DNA of 62,074 nt, the filler included, from Choristocarpus tenellus KU-1152 (taxonomy: Eukaryota > Protista > Phaeophyceae), in NCBI GenBank assembly GCA_964200185.2. It is 8 parts of 8 records of this genome, joined end to end, with 100 filler letters (N's around TTAATTAATTAA, not from the genome) between each part and the next. Parts side by side here need not be neighbours in the genome. Positions count along the whole stretch, not along the records: positions 24,622 to 28,272 come from CAXNAD020018734.1; positions 28,373 to 36,718 come from CAXNAD020004827.1; positions 36,819 to 50,639 come from CAXNAD020001357.1; 5 more parts are not named here. One strand, given 5' to 3'. The translations under genes and the position numbers were made by a program. The notes under the pieces were generated by a model, which saw nothing but the letters and a program-made list of their open reading frames with translations, made no database searches and was not told the origin of the DNA. Each line of letters starts with the position of its first letter. The stretch's first letter is position 1. Shown in pieces: positions 26,379-39,249 of this stretch.

Positions 26379-27584
26379 ACTGCTATACTACTTTGAAGTT
26401 GCAACCAATGTAGTTGATAATTTTGGTCGTTCGTTGTGCTATCCACGTTTGATTGTATGCGTATGTGCCCTTCTTATGTCCCTTACAAAATAACATACTA
26501 TATATAAATATGTGGTAAGACTTGTATAAAAAACATTGTTAAATCCATCTTATTTCCTTTTCCCATTCAACAAACTCTCTCAACCACATAACACATATTT
26601 GTATAATACTACTAAACACATTCTTCAACCACCCTTCCTCGAGGAAATGACGAAGAATAGTCCGCAGTCGTGGATATTTTTAGTGGAGATCATGTTTATG
26701 GCACGATTGAGAAAGATTAAGGAAAGAGTATAAAAAAAAATGTAGGTTTATGTGTGTGGAGGGGCACTCACCAATTTGCGGGCTGTCCTAATAAACCGAC
26801 TTGCCTAGTCCACCAAGAATTGAACTGAGTTTTAAAACTAATCGAAGACGACAATATATTTTTTAATAAATTACCATGATTTAATATTTTGTTGATCAAT
26901 TAATGTGGAAGAAAAATCTCTTCTAATCACCTCATGTAATTGAAAGTTTAAAGCAAAAGTGAAAGAACAAATGCGTCTCAACCATTTTGCCGCCTTTAGA
27001 AATCTTGAACTTCAAAGGTTAAAAAGATTAAACTTTGAAAATCAAATTTAAACTTTTATAGTATATATATGATGATCGGAACAAATACTGGGAGGTTTTT
27101 GGTTTAAATTTTACAACGCTGACTGAAGAACCGTTTTTTGGGATCGGATAACGTGTTATTCATGTGGTGTGTGCATTGTTGACAGTCCCCTCCTGAATCA
27201 ACTTTGTGATGCCGTTACTTTTGATCAACAACAATTTTTTTCATGAAAATTCGTTTGCTGTGATCACATCAGCATGCTCAATCATATTTGATGGGACTCG
27301 GTTGGTCAACTTTCAGTAATCGTGAGAAATACAGGACAATGCTTAAATCAAGTATTCCGCGCGCCTTTCGCACAGGGGTGCCACGCGGCGCGCGCGAACC
27401 TGGCATGTAAAGATGATTTTGATGCCAGAAGAGGCCATCATCACCCAGAGAACAAGGGCGTTGTTGTCTCTCCATTCTCTTTCCATTATTTCCCGTTTAT
27501 GCGATGTTGTCGCCTGCTGACTAAGGCTCACTTATGGGGACCCACGCCTCTTAATAACCAGACAATCCATGCTAAGGTGCAGGC

Positions 27585-27845
27585 AGGCCTCCTGTGAGAC
27601 TTTAATGTCTTGTACACCCCGTCCAATTTGGTGCACTCCATGCCTTTCTCGTTGGAATATATCAGATGGTAAGCAATACTCATCCTGAAGAACCTTTCCA
27701 CAATTTACTCTGGATAGCCCCCTTCATCCTTAAGACCGACAGGAATGTTGACTCTCATCCCGGCAACGTGTAGTCACAGTGGCCTTGTACATAGTGCTTC
27801 GCCCGCCCCCAGACCATCTATATCGAGTTCAATTCACAGTGTCCT
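27585..27845 (-). pseudogene. C-terminal fragment of an IS630/Tc1-mariner-related (HCELN-type, DDE_3-like) transposase
   Basis: HCELNSI*MVWGRAKHYVQGHCDYTLPG..RFFRM...YKTLKSHRR. Confidence 0.75.
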
Positions 27846-28141
27846 GTGAGGGGCAGGCGACAATTCGGGGGTCATTGGGTGTCATAGTGTCCTGTGATTG
27901 GCTTAAACAGTATTAAGTCGAGGTCCACTCACATACCGTTTCGGCGGTTACCACTTTTGATTTTTTTGAAAAGGTTGCCCAACGAGTTAATCAAAAATTA
28001 GCATATGAAATGAAAGCTCTTGATCTAGGCTATCGATTTACCCAAAGGAATTTATTCGGAAAATACATTTGGTCGTGATAATTAATTCCGAAACATTTTC
28101 GAGGTTGTGTCGAAAACATTCGGTTAAAATTTAACCTTAAA

Positions 28142-28272
28142 CAGGTCTTTCTCAAAATTGAGGATGGTGCAGGACTGTGAGGATGGTTGTTTTGCGAAGA
28201 CGGTCTTAAAAAAGTACCCTGAGGTTTTTTTTTTCGCCTGTATTTGCACTTAGAATGGCCCCTTTTATGACC
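28142..28272. mobile_element. Terminus of repeat family E (CAG...AATTGAGGATGG)
   Basis: Reverse-complement matches at 13032-13151 and 55802-55848; all three abut linkers. Confidence 0.6.
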
Positions 28273-28849
28273 NNNNNNNNNNNNNNNNNNNNNNNNNNNN
28301 NNNNNNNNNNNNNNNNTTAATTAATTAANNNNNNNNNNNNNNNNNNNNNNNNNNNNNNNNNNNNNNNNNNNNGTTAATCTGTTAATTGGATTTGACTTGT
28401 ACATCCTGGAAAGGTGAGCATTGAGGGGCGCCTGTAACATGGAGGTCCTACCGAGACTGTAACAGAACATACTGAAAAGTCAGATAAAAGTGAAGGGAAA
28501 CAACAAAAAGGAGTGTATTTTAAAACATTAATTGGAGGGATCCTAGACCTGTACGTGGTCAAAAAAGGTAATCTAAAGAAGGCAATATACACTACTTTAG
28601 CAATGGTAACAAGGACCATGAAAGAAGAAGAAGAAGAAAAAGGGAAGAAAATAAAATAAAAACAGAATTCGCAAAAAAAACATCACCCAAATAATGTAAG
28701 GTAAAGAGTAGAACAAAGGATACAAGAGATGTCAGTCGAAAAACAAAACAATATACACAACACAATGATGGTGGTGGTGTAGGTGGCTTGGGAGACCTTA
28801 CCTAGTAGTTTTGGCGCAACATAAGCTATCACAATTTCTTTGGAATGCC

Positions 28850-30560
28850 CTTTGGTCATGAACCTCGTTTGCTGTTAGCCACTCGCTCATACAACTTATC
28901 TTTGGTAGTTGTCTGTACGCACGCCCCAAGCCTCAACTCCAATCACAAAGTATTCAAGGTCGCCTTGGAGACTTGTCCATATATTCTTCTGTCCACCTCA
29001 CTTGCACGTTCCATCCGCAAGCTCCCAAAACATATGTACCTTACATAATTCCTCATCTCCCACGCAAGAAAGTGACACAGCAATTGGAGCATCCAATTGC
29101 ACACCTTTGTCTTGATACTCTCATACCCAGTCCATGTAAGAGCATCTTTGTACAGGGGACATGATTTATGCGATCCCGTTTGAGGAAACCTATGCAGCAG
29201 AGGAGGAATTTCTGGTGGTGGGATTATAGTTTCAGACAATGAGTCATGCTAAGCGTCCACGTCATACAACAATATAACGTCAAGCACTTCAGTCCTGAGT
29301 ACTCGAAAGCTCGAGTGAGACACCTCAGATCTGTTGTAAAGCACTTGGATGCAGTGGCAGAAGCATCTCCACCCTCTGTTAATCCTTTGGCTGGCCTCAG
29401 AGGTAGTAGCAGCATCATCAATGTTCTCCCAATCCCAAGGTAAGCAAACCTATCGGTCTGCTTGTACATCTGGTCCAGTGCCTGGATCTACATGGTTTCA
29501 GTGAGAGAGCAAAGTCTCAGTCTTTAATGTTGATACAGTAATGCTGATCTGTTCACTTTCACAAGCATCCTCATCATTCTCACCAAACTTCCTTTGGTAT
29601 GGATGTAACACCGCCATAATCAGCAAAACGAATACCTAAAAAAGCTGTTCAAGTGTTGTTCTACTTCCTGGTGCTTCCCCTTCTCTCATCTGGTATTTTT
29701 GGTCGCTCAGGTGATGATATTTACCGTAAGGAGGTGACTGGGTCAGAGGTGAACACGTTAGGTACCACACTTAGCACTGCCGTGAAGAAGATGTCGAAGA
29801 GGATAGAAGCAATAACACACCCTGCCGAATGCCTTGTCCAACCTTGAACCTGTCTCTGCACTAGTCATCATCCATGCGAACACAAGCACTATACCATCAT
29901 AGAGTTAATGGATGACAGAGGTTGTCTCCGGAGATATGTCAAGCTTGGCCAAGAAACCTATAGGGGATCATGATCAACAGAGCTAATTTGTTTCTGTAGA
30001 TCGATAAATCAAATGAAGAGGAATGCAGTTTTTTCCGGTCAAGATCTTAGAGGGCACGTACAATATACATCATGAACATTGTGGACCGTCAGGGACGGAA
30101 TCCACGCTGTTCCTCATGAAGTATATTCTGCCGTTGTGCCACAAATGTGATGACGTTTGCAGCATGTGCCACCAATGAGATGACCCTGTAATTTCCGCAA
30201 TCAGTATTATCCTCTTTCTTGTAGAGGACGGTGATGACCTCATCTTTCTATACATGTGGCACAACTTCCCGGTTCCACAGAGCAAAGGCAATTTTACCGA
30301 AACGCTTTCGGTTAGTCACATTCTCCTTTACACCAAGCTCTATGACCTCTTCTACTAGAAGATTGTTGGGACCCGAAGGCTTCCTTTTTCCCTTTATCGG
30401 GAGAGCTTGAGTCACTTCAGTTATCGTTGGGGAGCAGTCAGAGTTATGGTTGTGATCGTTGATTGAGGGTTTCAACACTACGAGGGTTGATATCAATTGA
30501 CTTGGTATTAAGGAGTACTGCGAAGTATCTACCTCATTGTTCCATGAAAATGTTTGCACA
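28850..30560 (-). mobile_element. RTE-clade LINE, decayed RT and 3' region
   Basis: [62 protein letters not shown]; many stops. Confidence 0.8.
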
Positions 30561-31167
30561 AGTCGTCAAGTATGCTGGATCTCTCACTCGGATTATTTCC
30601 TTCATAAGTATCATCAATATCATCATATAAAAGGAACTGGCAACGATGTACCACATTGTGTAAAAGTGAAGGATATTAATGTCCCTGAGGGGGGAAGGAC
30701 TCGGTGCAGTGGTGGTGAAGTAGGGGGGAGTAGCAGGGATGAAGGGGGTTGTGAGGACCCGTTAGGGGGGGGTTTGGGGGCAGCCAAGGATGGAGAGTGA
30801 TTTGTCACATTCTCACAGCAGGGGTGGGGCCGGACTTTGCTTTCAGGGGTTGGGGGGGTACGGGGGAGGCAAGAACCAGCCCTCCTTGGAAGATGGTCGT
30901 CAAGAGTCTACGGGGGAGGGAGTTGGTGGGGGTAGGCAACATGGACGGAAACATGGGCGGTTCAAAAAGAGAGGGAATTGGGAAAAAAGGAGAATGGGAC
31001 AAATAGTAGACCAATCATGGACTGGGGGGCTTGGGGTCAAAGGGGACAGCGAACGTATGATAGCACTTGCTATGGGAGGATGGAGTACAAAGCTGATGTG
31101 AGATGGACATAATCAAATATTGTAGTAATGGTTGCAATGATATCAGAAATTGCAAAGTGAGAGAGAC

Positions 31168-31285
31168 TTGTTTGAAAGTTTTGTTTTGAAATTGTTGTTT
31201 GAAAGTTTTGTTTGAAAGTTTTGTTTGAAATTTTTGTTTGAAATTTTTGTTTGAAAGTTTTGTTTGAAAGTTTTGTTTGAATTGT
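31168..31285. repeat. 13-bp minisatellite (TTTTGTTTGAAA[G/T])n
   Basis: ~8 units immediately left of a family B MITE. Confidence 0.85.
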
Positions 31286-31304
31286 TTGTTCGTGAAGTTT
31301 GTCT

Positions 31305-31563
31305 GAGCCAAAGCATCTCAGAGGGTAGGACTGAGTCCATTTGGAGGTCAAAATCCATTGTTGTGATTTAGATGAAAAATTGGCTATCATGTTTGTTAGG
31401 GTGTGTCAATGTCCTTGTTTCGAACACACCTTTTCGTAACATACACATTTTTCCTACTCCGAAACACTTTGGAGTAGGAAAATATCTTTAAGAACCCAAT
31501 GGGGAGCCAAGGGCCAAATAGACAAACAGGGCAAAACTCGTACCCTCTAAGATACTTTCACTC
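31305..31563 (+). mobile_element. MITE family B copy
   Basis: TIRs present; apparent 3-bp TSD tct/tct. Confidence 0.9.
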
Positions 31564-33056
31564 TCTATCGTTTTCTGGATGTTTGGAGGGCAGAGGATGG
31601 CAGGGAGAATGTTCAAGGTTGTTTTGTCGTTTTGCTGGGTCTAAATTAAGAACCATCGTTTTGGGTTAGTGTTAGTGTTAGTGTTAGTGTTTGTGTTAGT
31701 TTTTTTCTTTGGGTGTGTGTGTATGTCATATGCTTTGATCTATACTTTGATCTTTTATTCTATGCTAGTGTGTGTGTAACATTTTGATTTGTGGATTGAT
31801 TGTGCCCTGTATTCGTATTTGTATTATTACAGAGAAAGAGGAACGTACTTGTAGTATCAGTAGCAAGGAGTTCAGGGTCATGGTTGGGCAGTTCATATCC
31901 CCAGCTCATAACCCTGACTCTTGGTAATTATTTCCAAATAATATGCAGTGTACTGATTTTGTTGAAAAACTTGAGTTTCCCACTGACTGTGTGGGGTTGG
32001 TGGATCGTCATGATGACAAGAATGATACTGTTGGTGATGTACATACAGATCTATCTTTTTTTGTTAAAATATAACATCTCATTTTTTATCTTAAAAAAAA
32101 ACATTTTGGTGAGAAACCCTTTTGTGTACAATCTATTCCCACTTTGTATTCCACATGCTAGTATGCTTCGAACAGGTTACCTCCTAGCTAGCTCTTTGCA
32201 TATTCTTGGTCTTACCTGCTGCCTTGATATTTGCTTGGTGTGGATGTCTGACGTGTGTTCTATTGATAGAGACACCTGAAGGTGTTCCTAGTGGGGTGGA
32301 TCTCAGGCATACCCGCCATCTACCTGGTGTTCAGGTGCATGGTGATTATATATTCTGGTATTGCTCCTCATGTTCAAATATTGAATTTGAGAGCTACAGT
32401 GATTGTTTAGAGTTCAGAGTATTAGTACTGTGATGCAAAGCTCATTCATGCTTCAATAAATGCTTCATTCCACACTTGATTACCTACTTCTATGACCAAG
32501 AACCCCATAGAACGCACGAAATTTTACTTTATAAAAGTAAGTGATTTCAACAAAAAAAATCCAATTCGGTGAGGGTTAGGGTTAGGGTTAGGGCTCTGTG
32601 CTGACCGATTAACAAAGTTTGAGTTCCTACACGAATGGGATCAAATTTTGAGCGTGTGAACATTTGGATTGGAGTTTGTTGCTCCCAAATACTTTGTTGA
32701 AAGGATGAGGGGTTAGGGTTAAGGCTAATACAGGGGTACATCTCGTTTATATGTACACCTCATAAAATTTTGAGAGAGTTGTGAAGGATACTTTCAGTAA
32801 GTTGAACTGTTACTGCGACTGCACTGAACTAAACTAGTTATTGTTCAAGTTTTGTTAGGGCTGTTCTTAAAAGGTTACATCCTTTTGCTTTTGGCATAGT
32901 GTTTCTTTTTCTTTGCAACATATTGTTCCATAACCCTAAATGTCCATAGTGGTGAAATTTCATTGGTTCAAGAAATGGTATGGATGCCATTAGATATTCC
33001 TGTGGTACCAATAGGTGAAAAGGAAACTCATTTTTTCTGAATAGACTTGTTCATAG

Positions 33057-33482
33057 ATAGCCCTAACCCTCTATTTGTTGTTGAGGTGGAAGCATTGATG
33101 CGACGAGAGATGGCGATTTTGCGCCAGAGCTTTGATCGTGCTCTTGAGCCTCTAGGAGGTACATCGGCCCTGTCTTCTTCTGGCTCAAGCAAGCAGCAAA
33201 CAGCCAAGGTGCTTTCCTCTCTAGACCATGTACTGTGGACACGTGAGTGATCATACCACTCATAAGCAGTAGGGTTGACTCAGCTAGATTTAGGGCTAGG
33301 TTCCAGTCTGCCACATGGTATAGGTATGGTATATGTATGGTATTGGTGGAATTACTTGCATTGTACTGTGGCAGAAAATATCGTGAATTGGAGTGCTCTG
33401 GTCACCTCTCTGATTTCTTTATTGGTGGAGATTGGGAATTACCTGGACTGGTTGTTAGTCACTACCCCAATCAAAGAATATG
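33057..33482 (+). CDS. Possible two exons (33057-33242, 33375-~33482) of an unknown gene
   Basis: CATAG| acceptor, C|GTGAGT donor, GGCAG| acceptor; the phase-1 junction stays open. Confidence 0.25.
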
Positions 33483-35193
33483 GTTGTTCAACCTGATATT
33501 ATTTATTAGGGTTAGGGTTAGGGTTATTGCTATTTTTGTCGATGGCATTCCTGGTATTACAAGCTGAAATGTATTGCAATCTACACTGTTTCTGCTATGC
33601 CATTACTAATATTGACATTCTGTACTTGGATTCTATTACAGGATTATTGTAATGTGACTGGCAATAGTGAATTGATCGGTCAACCAATATTGCATATCTC
33701 ATACTGTGTGTGTAGACATCACAATTCTTGTATTCTCATTGGTTAATGATGTTACCGTCATACTGCTATCGAGAACCTTTTGCCTCTTCTCCCCTGCCCC
33801 CCACGTAAGCTGCAGACACTCTAGTAATGTAATGGATATAGTAACAGAAAGGAAAAACCATCCTTTTTATTGTTTGAATGCTTTTGTGAGACTGTTCTTC
33901 TTTCGATGGAAAAAATGTAACATTTGCATATAAATTAAGTTTTTCTAGTCCATGTCAACAGCCTGTTTGCAGGCCATACTCATCGTAATGTGATTTTTTT
34001 GTATATTGACGCTTTTGAACTCTTTGGTACGATCATAATATTTTAAATGGACTAGGGTTTGGATATGAATGAATGTAGAGTAATACTCAATATTAAGGAC
34101 TATGAAAAGTTTCTACTCGAACCCTAACCCTAAGTCAGAACGACATATGATGTGAATGAGTAAGTGTGAGAGATCACCATGACAGAACTTCGAGCCAAAC
34201 AATTGTCCATTGATGGTAATGGCCATGAATTATGCGTGAAATTCTTTCGCAGTGAGAACTTAAGGTCTACACAATATCGAGGAGACTCAATGGTTTTGGT
34301 AACTATGCTTAGTGATGAAGGGTTAGGGATTGGAGATGATTATTTTATCCCCTGCTTTTGTATTATACCACGGACACTACTACGAGCTGTTTCTCATACC
34401 TATGGTGCGGGTTGATGTGATGAAAGTACATGTTGATATGTAGCTACAAGGCCAAGGAGTTGTTCTTGTTCATTGTTGGACAACTTTGTATTTATCAGGG
34501 CATTTAAACCGAAATTTTCATTTAACTCGTCTCAGACTTCTTTAGGGTTAGGGTTACCTCCTTTGGACTGGTCGGACTAGCCACTATTTGCAATGATTTT
34601 TTCTTCTGAAAGAGCGTTAATTTGATCGACTTTTCTCACTATGAAGTGAAGGGAAAGTGTATCACAGTGAATTAGAAGGGTTGGCACTTTTGACTATTAA
34701 ACAAGATCCATCTCTCTTCCAAACTGTTCTAGTACCACTGACCATGATGTCTTTTCATGGAGAGTGGTGTTGTGTTGTTGATGAAGGCCATGCATGTTTT
34801 GATGATGGACTCCACCACATTGTCTTTGGTCGATCCAGGCAAGGCTTGAGAGTGTAATGAAACATCAGTTTGAAACATCAGTTTCATTTCCAGGGGGTAT
34901 TGGTGTTTTCCGCATCACATGTGCTGGTATGGTGAAGTCGGTTTTTACTGCAGGAACTGCTATGTTGGAAGAACTGCTTACAACATTTTCAGTTGAGGGT
35001 GGTGGAATGACAATGGGTGTATCGAATACTTAAGGTGGTTCTGGGATGCGAACTGTGCTTCCAGGAAATGTTACCTCTTGGGGCTATCCAAATCAAAACC
35101 CTAACGTTATAATTGTGGGTGTGATGGTACTCTCAACAAGTTATCTTGTCGACACCTAGGGAGGGTATCACCACTACTTGAACAGGCAGTCAT

Positions 35194-35227
35194 CCCTAAC
35201 CCTAACCCTAACCCTAACCCTAACCCT
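35194..35227 (-). repeat. Interstitial telomeric repeat (CCCTAA)5-6
   Basis: Direct reading; shorter arrays at 32574, 32711, 33507, 34120, 34542, 5320, 53360. Confidence 0.9.
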
Positions 35228-36638
35228 TGTTCCGGAGCGCACATTCGATTTGAATGTAGAAATGCACTTGGAGTAGTCTTCCTCTGACAGCATTAAAATT
35301 CAAGGCGCCTCTTAGTTTGTGTCTGATATGCTTAAGACAGAGGTTGGGGGTGAAGTTGCATATAGATCATGACTGGAGTATCTGCTGTGGTATCGAGTGT
35401 GATGTGTGAGTCAGGATCCTCCTGTTTTTGATCATCACTCAACGGGATGAGTGTGTGAAAGGCAAGGTTGTTTTGTGAAGTCTTGGAATGCAGAAGTATG
35501 CCAACAACAAGATGAATTGTGCAGCACATTCGAAGTGCAACAAATCTTCACCTTCTAATGGTGTGAGTGAGTTGTGAAAAACATTTTGCTGTTGTTGATG
35601 TTACTGGATAAACATGCTCTGTTTGGGGCTATATGTATTTGGGGGGTCAATTGGAGTGTGGAACTGCTGCAGGCCTGTCAACTTCAGTGTTGGAGCCCAA
35701 AGGATCGCCAAAAGGATGTGTTTGAGGCATAGGTTTTTCAAGTTCGGCATCATTCTTTTTCTGGCTTGACTGTCAAACTGTTGAAAAGGATTGTTAAGAG
35801 CTGATTGGGATCCCACAGAAATGTTTCAATTATCTGGTTGGGCCGTTTATTGCCCATCCCATTTATTGCGCATCTTTTCTTCTACTTAGTATTTTTTTAA
35901 CAAGTTGTGTGAGGTTTGTTAACTACTCGATAGGATATCAATGGGCTAGGAGACGCAGCATTCTTAACCCTATCATCAAAATTTGAGTCTTACCCAACAC
36001 ACAAAGAGAGAGCTGCTTGTGCTGGGCATCTCTATACACGTATGTACCCTTTGCCATCAAATGGCAATATATTGTTGACTCTGACGGTTTTGACTCGTTG
36101 GCTAATCCTAATGAGTCCATTGTAGTAGTCAGGTCTGCGGCGAATTGCTCTTCAACATCAACACCTTGTTGGTGATGTTGGGGTATTGGTGATAGTCATA
36201 CTTCAATTTCCAGCTATATTGGTTCAGGAATATTATATGTCTGTGCTATGTCCCTTCCTAGACTTGACAAGGCTACCAGGAAACTCAAATGTATGTTTCC
36301 CCTTAGGTTTGGGTTGTTTGCTAACCAAGTTCTGGATGGGGGTTACATTTCTTGCCCCAGGAGGGTGTAAGTTGGAACTATTGGCCTAGTTTCTGCAACT
36401 GTTAAAGGTCAGAAAACGAAACTCCATCACTGGTAAAGATATTTAATTTTCTGCAACATGGTTTGAGACCATGTCACCTTGATGTGATCTTTCACCCAAC
36501 TCAACACCGCGGTGGATACATTTTCTAGGGTTGCACCCACCACACCATAAAGGTGTGGGGGTGGGCATGGGACAAACACCTCTGATGATTGAGGGCGCAC
36601 ACAGAACGCTCACGGGAGCTAGACAGTCTGCGAGCTTA

Positions 36639-36718
36639 GGCTCAAAGTATCTGGGGGTAGGTGGTGGCTGTCCATTTGGGGCCAATCTTATCATGTCACG
36701 ATTTTCTGGTGATTTGAT
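36639..36718 (-). mobile_element. MITE family A fragment at contig end
   Basis: GGCTCAAAGTATCTGGGGG...GGCTGTCCATTTGGGGCC. Confidence 0.8.
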
Positions 36719-36922
36719 NNNNNNNNNNNNNNNNNNNNNNNNNNNNNNNNNNNNNNNNNNNNTTAATTAATTAANNNNNNNNNNNNNNNNNNNNNNNNNN
36801 NNNNNNNNNNNNNNNNNNCCCACCTTTCGCCCTTTCCCCATCCCATCTTCCCCCCCCCTACCCTCAACAGGGGGGTCACCGCCTCCCCTCCCTTCCCTCC
36901 CCCCCCCCACCCCCACCCCCCG

Positions 36923-36970
<48 letters not shown>

Positions 36971-36974
36971 CTAG

Positions 36975-38989
36975 CAAATCTTGGCCTCCTATCCCCACAT
37001 TCGTTTCTGCCATGGGGAATTCATGCCCCAAGTGTTGCTTCTGCCCTTGACCAAGTCGAGATGGAGATCCTGGAGCAGGCAAACAGCACCACAGTGGAAA
37101 AGGTCCCTGGCAGACTTCACACCACCCATGCGATCACCCTCATGCACACAGTCGATCTACTGATGCATGAAGTAACCGCCCCAAGGGTAGACGGGGGGAC
37201 CCAGATGATCGGGGCTATCAGAGTGTCCAAGCTCTTCCACCTGGTATCTGGCCTTTTACTGGCCAATGATGGAAAGCTCTCGAGAGAGGAAAGGTCCACC
37301 CACAATGCAGTGTTGGGGAATATCCAGGAGTTGGTAGCACGGGTATTATAATGATTCCAGAGGACCAGCAGACGTCAGGGGCCCCCCAGAGATGACCCTA
37401 AATCCCATCAGGAACAAGCTGCAGCACTTGGCCACCACCATGGAGGTATTTCCAAGGTGGTGAATGTTCTCCTATCACAGCCCAAAGCTCCGGGGACAGA
37501 AGAGATATTCAGGGCACTGGTCCCCTAGCACCTACATGAGAATTCATGTGAGGTTAGCCATAATGGAAGCAAAGGAATACAGGGTCTGGGAAACAATAGT
37601 CCTGCCCCCATGAGGAGTAGGGTAGTACACCCCCACCTCCCTGCAAACGGCATTCATGAGAGCAAACAGCAATCCGCTCCAGGCCCCGATGGGATGCACC
37701 CCAGCCGTGTCTGATCGGCCATTACAACAGATGTTGGCCATGAAGAAGTGGTGCAGGTGCTTGCGAAGCTTTGGGAGCTAGCCTACAACCTCCCTGGACT
37801 CTTTACCTCCGGAGGTTTGGAAACTCCACTCAACCTCCTAACTGTCCGGAATTGGAGAGAAGTGCCGCCCAGTCACCTGTGATTCTTTCTTTAGAAGGGC
37901 ATGTGCTTCAGCCTTCCGTGCAGACTGGCTCCCCTACCTGGAGCAATACTTTGGCAAACAGGGCAGTTCGGCGTAGGGGTCCTAAATGGGGTGGAGCGTG
38001 CCCTACTGGACATTGGCCTAAGGAATGAGTGTGGCAAATGGGTCATAAGTCTAGATGGAAGAAACGCCTTCAACAGTGTATACTGCTCGACCTTCATTGA
38101 GGCTCTCCCTGAGACCCTACAAGGACTCCTACCCTATGTGTCCAAGGTGTATGGAGACACCCACGATTTTATTTCCCCCCTGGTTGAGGGAGGGATGAAG
38201 ATAATGCCATCCCCCTTGCCCCCCTCCCATATTGCATGGCAACCACCAAAGTCCTACAATGGGTCCAGTCTATCTTTGGACTCCAGGGGGTCTCCTCCTG
38301 AAGTTATCTGGATGATGGCTCAAAGTACCTGGGGAGGGGGGGTCTACGCCGGGGTGTCCATTGGGGCCCTTATGAGGAAAAGTGCACTTACATTATGCAT
38401 CCCACACATGCAACCAAATCACCCAAAAATTGTGACATGGAAAAATAGGCCCCAAATTGACAGTCGCTGCCACCCCCCAGATACTTTGACCCTGACACAT
38501 CCAACACTGTAAGGGAGATTAATTGCACCACAATACCTGCTTTTGAGCAGCTGAAAACTGAACTACACGAGGTAGGTATCACCTTCAACATGGAAAAGAC
38601 TTTTGCTGCACCTCCCCAGGGCCACCAGCCCACGCCTTCAGAACTAGAACTTCTGGCCACAGCGAGAATCAACCTGGCCCTGGGCCCAAATGGTTTTGTT
38701 ACTCTAGGGACTCCAGTGGGAACAAATAAATTCATCCAAGCCCAGATGGCTGAGGTGATCGAGAGCCCAGGGTCACGAATGTTGGCCACCACACACCTGA
38801 GTGAGATGGAGGACAAACAAGTTGCCTGGCTCCGCAACTCCTGGCCCCTCTCTTCCCACTTAGGCTATTTGGGAAGGGCCACTCCCCCCCACCTGGCACG
38901 CTCCACCATGGAACAAATAGACAACACCTCACCGTAGACACTGGAGGAGATAATGGAGGTAGCAGACTCAGTGGGAGCCACTGACTTAG
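36975..38989 (+). mobile_element. CRE-clade-like non-LTR retrotransposon, RT region (decayed)
   Basis: GQFGVGVLNGVERA, LDGRNAFNSV, YLDD at 38305-38316, TLGTPVG; frameshifts and stops. Confidence 0.8.
38317..38492 (+). mobile_element. MITE family A copy inserted in the YLDD codons of a LINE RT
   Basis: TIRs; TSD tgat/tgac. Confidence 0.9.
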
Positions 38990-39244
38990 GAGTCGAAAGT
39001 ATCTTAGAGGGTAGAGCCGCGTCCGTTTGGGGGCCAAAATCCAATGTTGCGATTTTGATGTAATTTTGGCTATTGTATTTGTTAGGAAGTGTCAATATTC
39101 TTGTTCCAGACACACCTTTTAATAACGTATACATTTACTTACTCCGAAATGTTTCAGAGTAGAAAAATGTCATAAAAAACCCGTGGGAAGTCAAGACCCA
39201 AACAGACAAACAGGGCAAATCTCGTACCCTCTAAGATACTTTCA
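38990..39244 (+). mobile_element. MITE family B copy at the junction of the CRE LINE and the mariner relic
   Basis: Family B body; right end lacks the last bases; no TSD. Confidence 0.85.
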
Positions 39245-39249
39245 AATAA

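Noticed and set aside
27902-28144. 9-bp direct repeat CTTAAACAG flanking ~225 bp (MULE-like TSD)
   Set aside because: No terminal inverted repeats inside, and the right copy overlaps the family E terminus
31015-31390. Three overlapping repetitive ORFs
   Set aside because: Produced by a 13-bp minisatellite and a MITE
34600-36200. Protein-like fragments on the minus strand (possible tyrosine recombinase or other TE relic)
   Set aside because: No complete diagnostic motif could be read, so it is left unannotated
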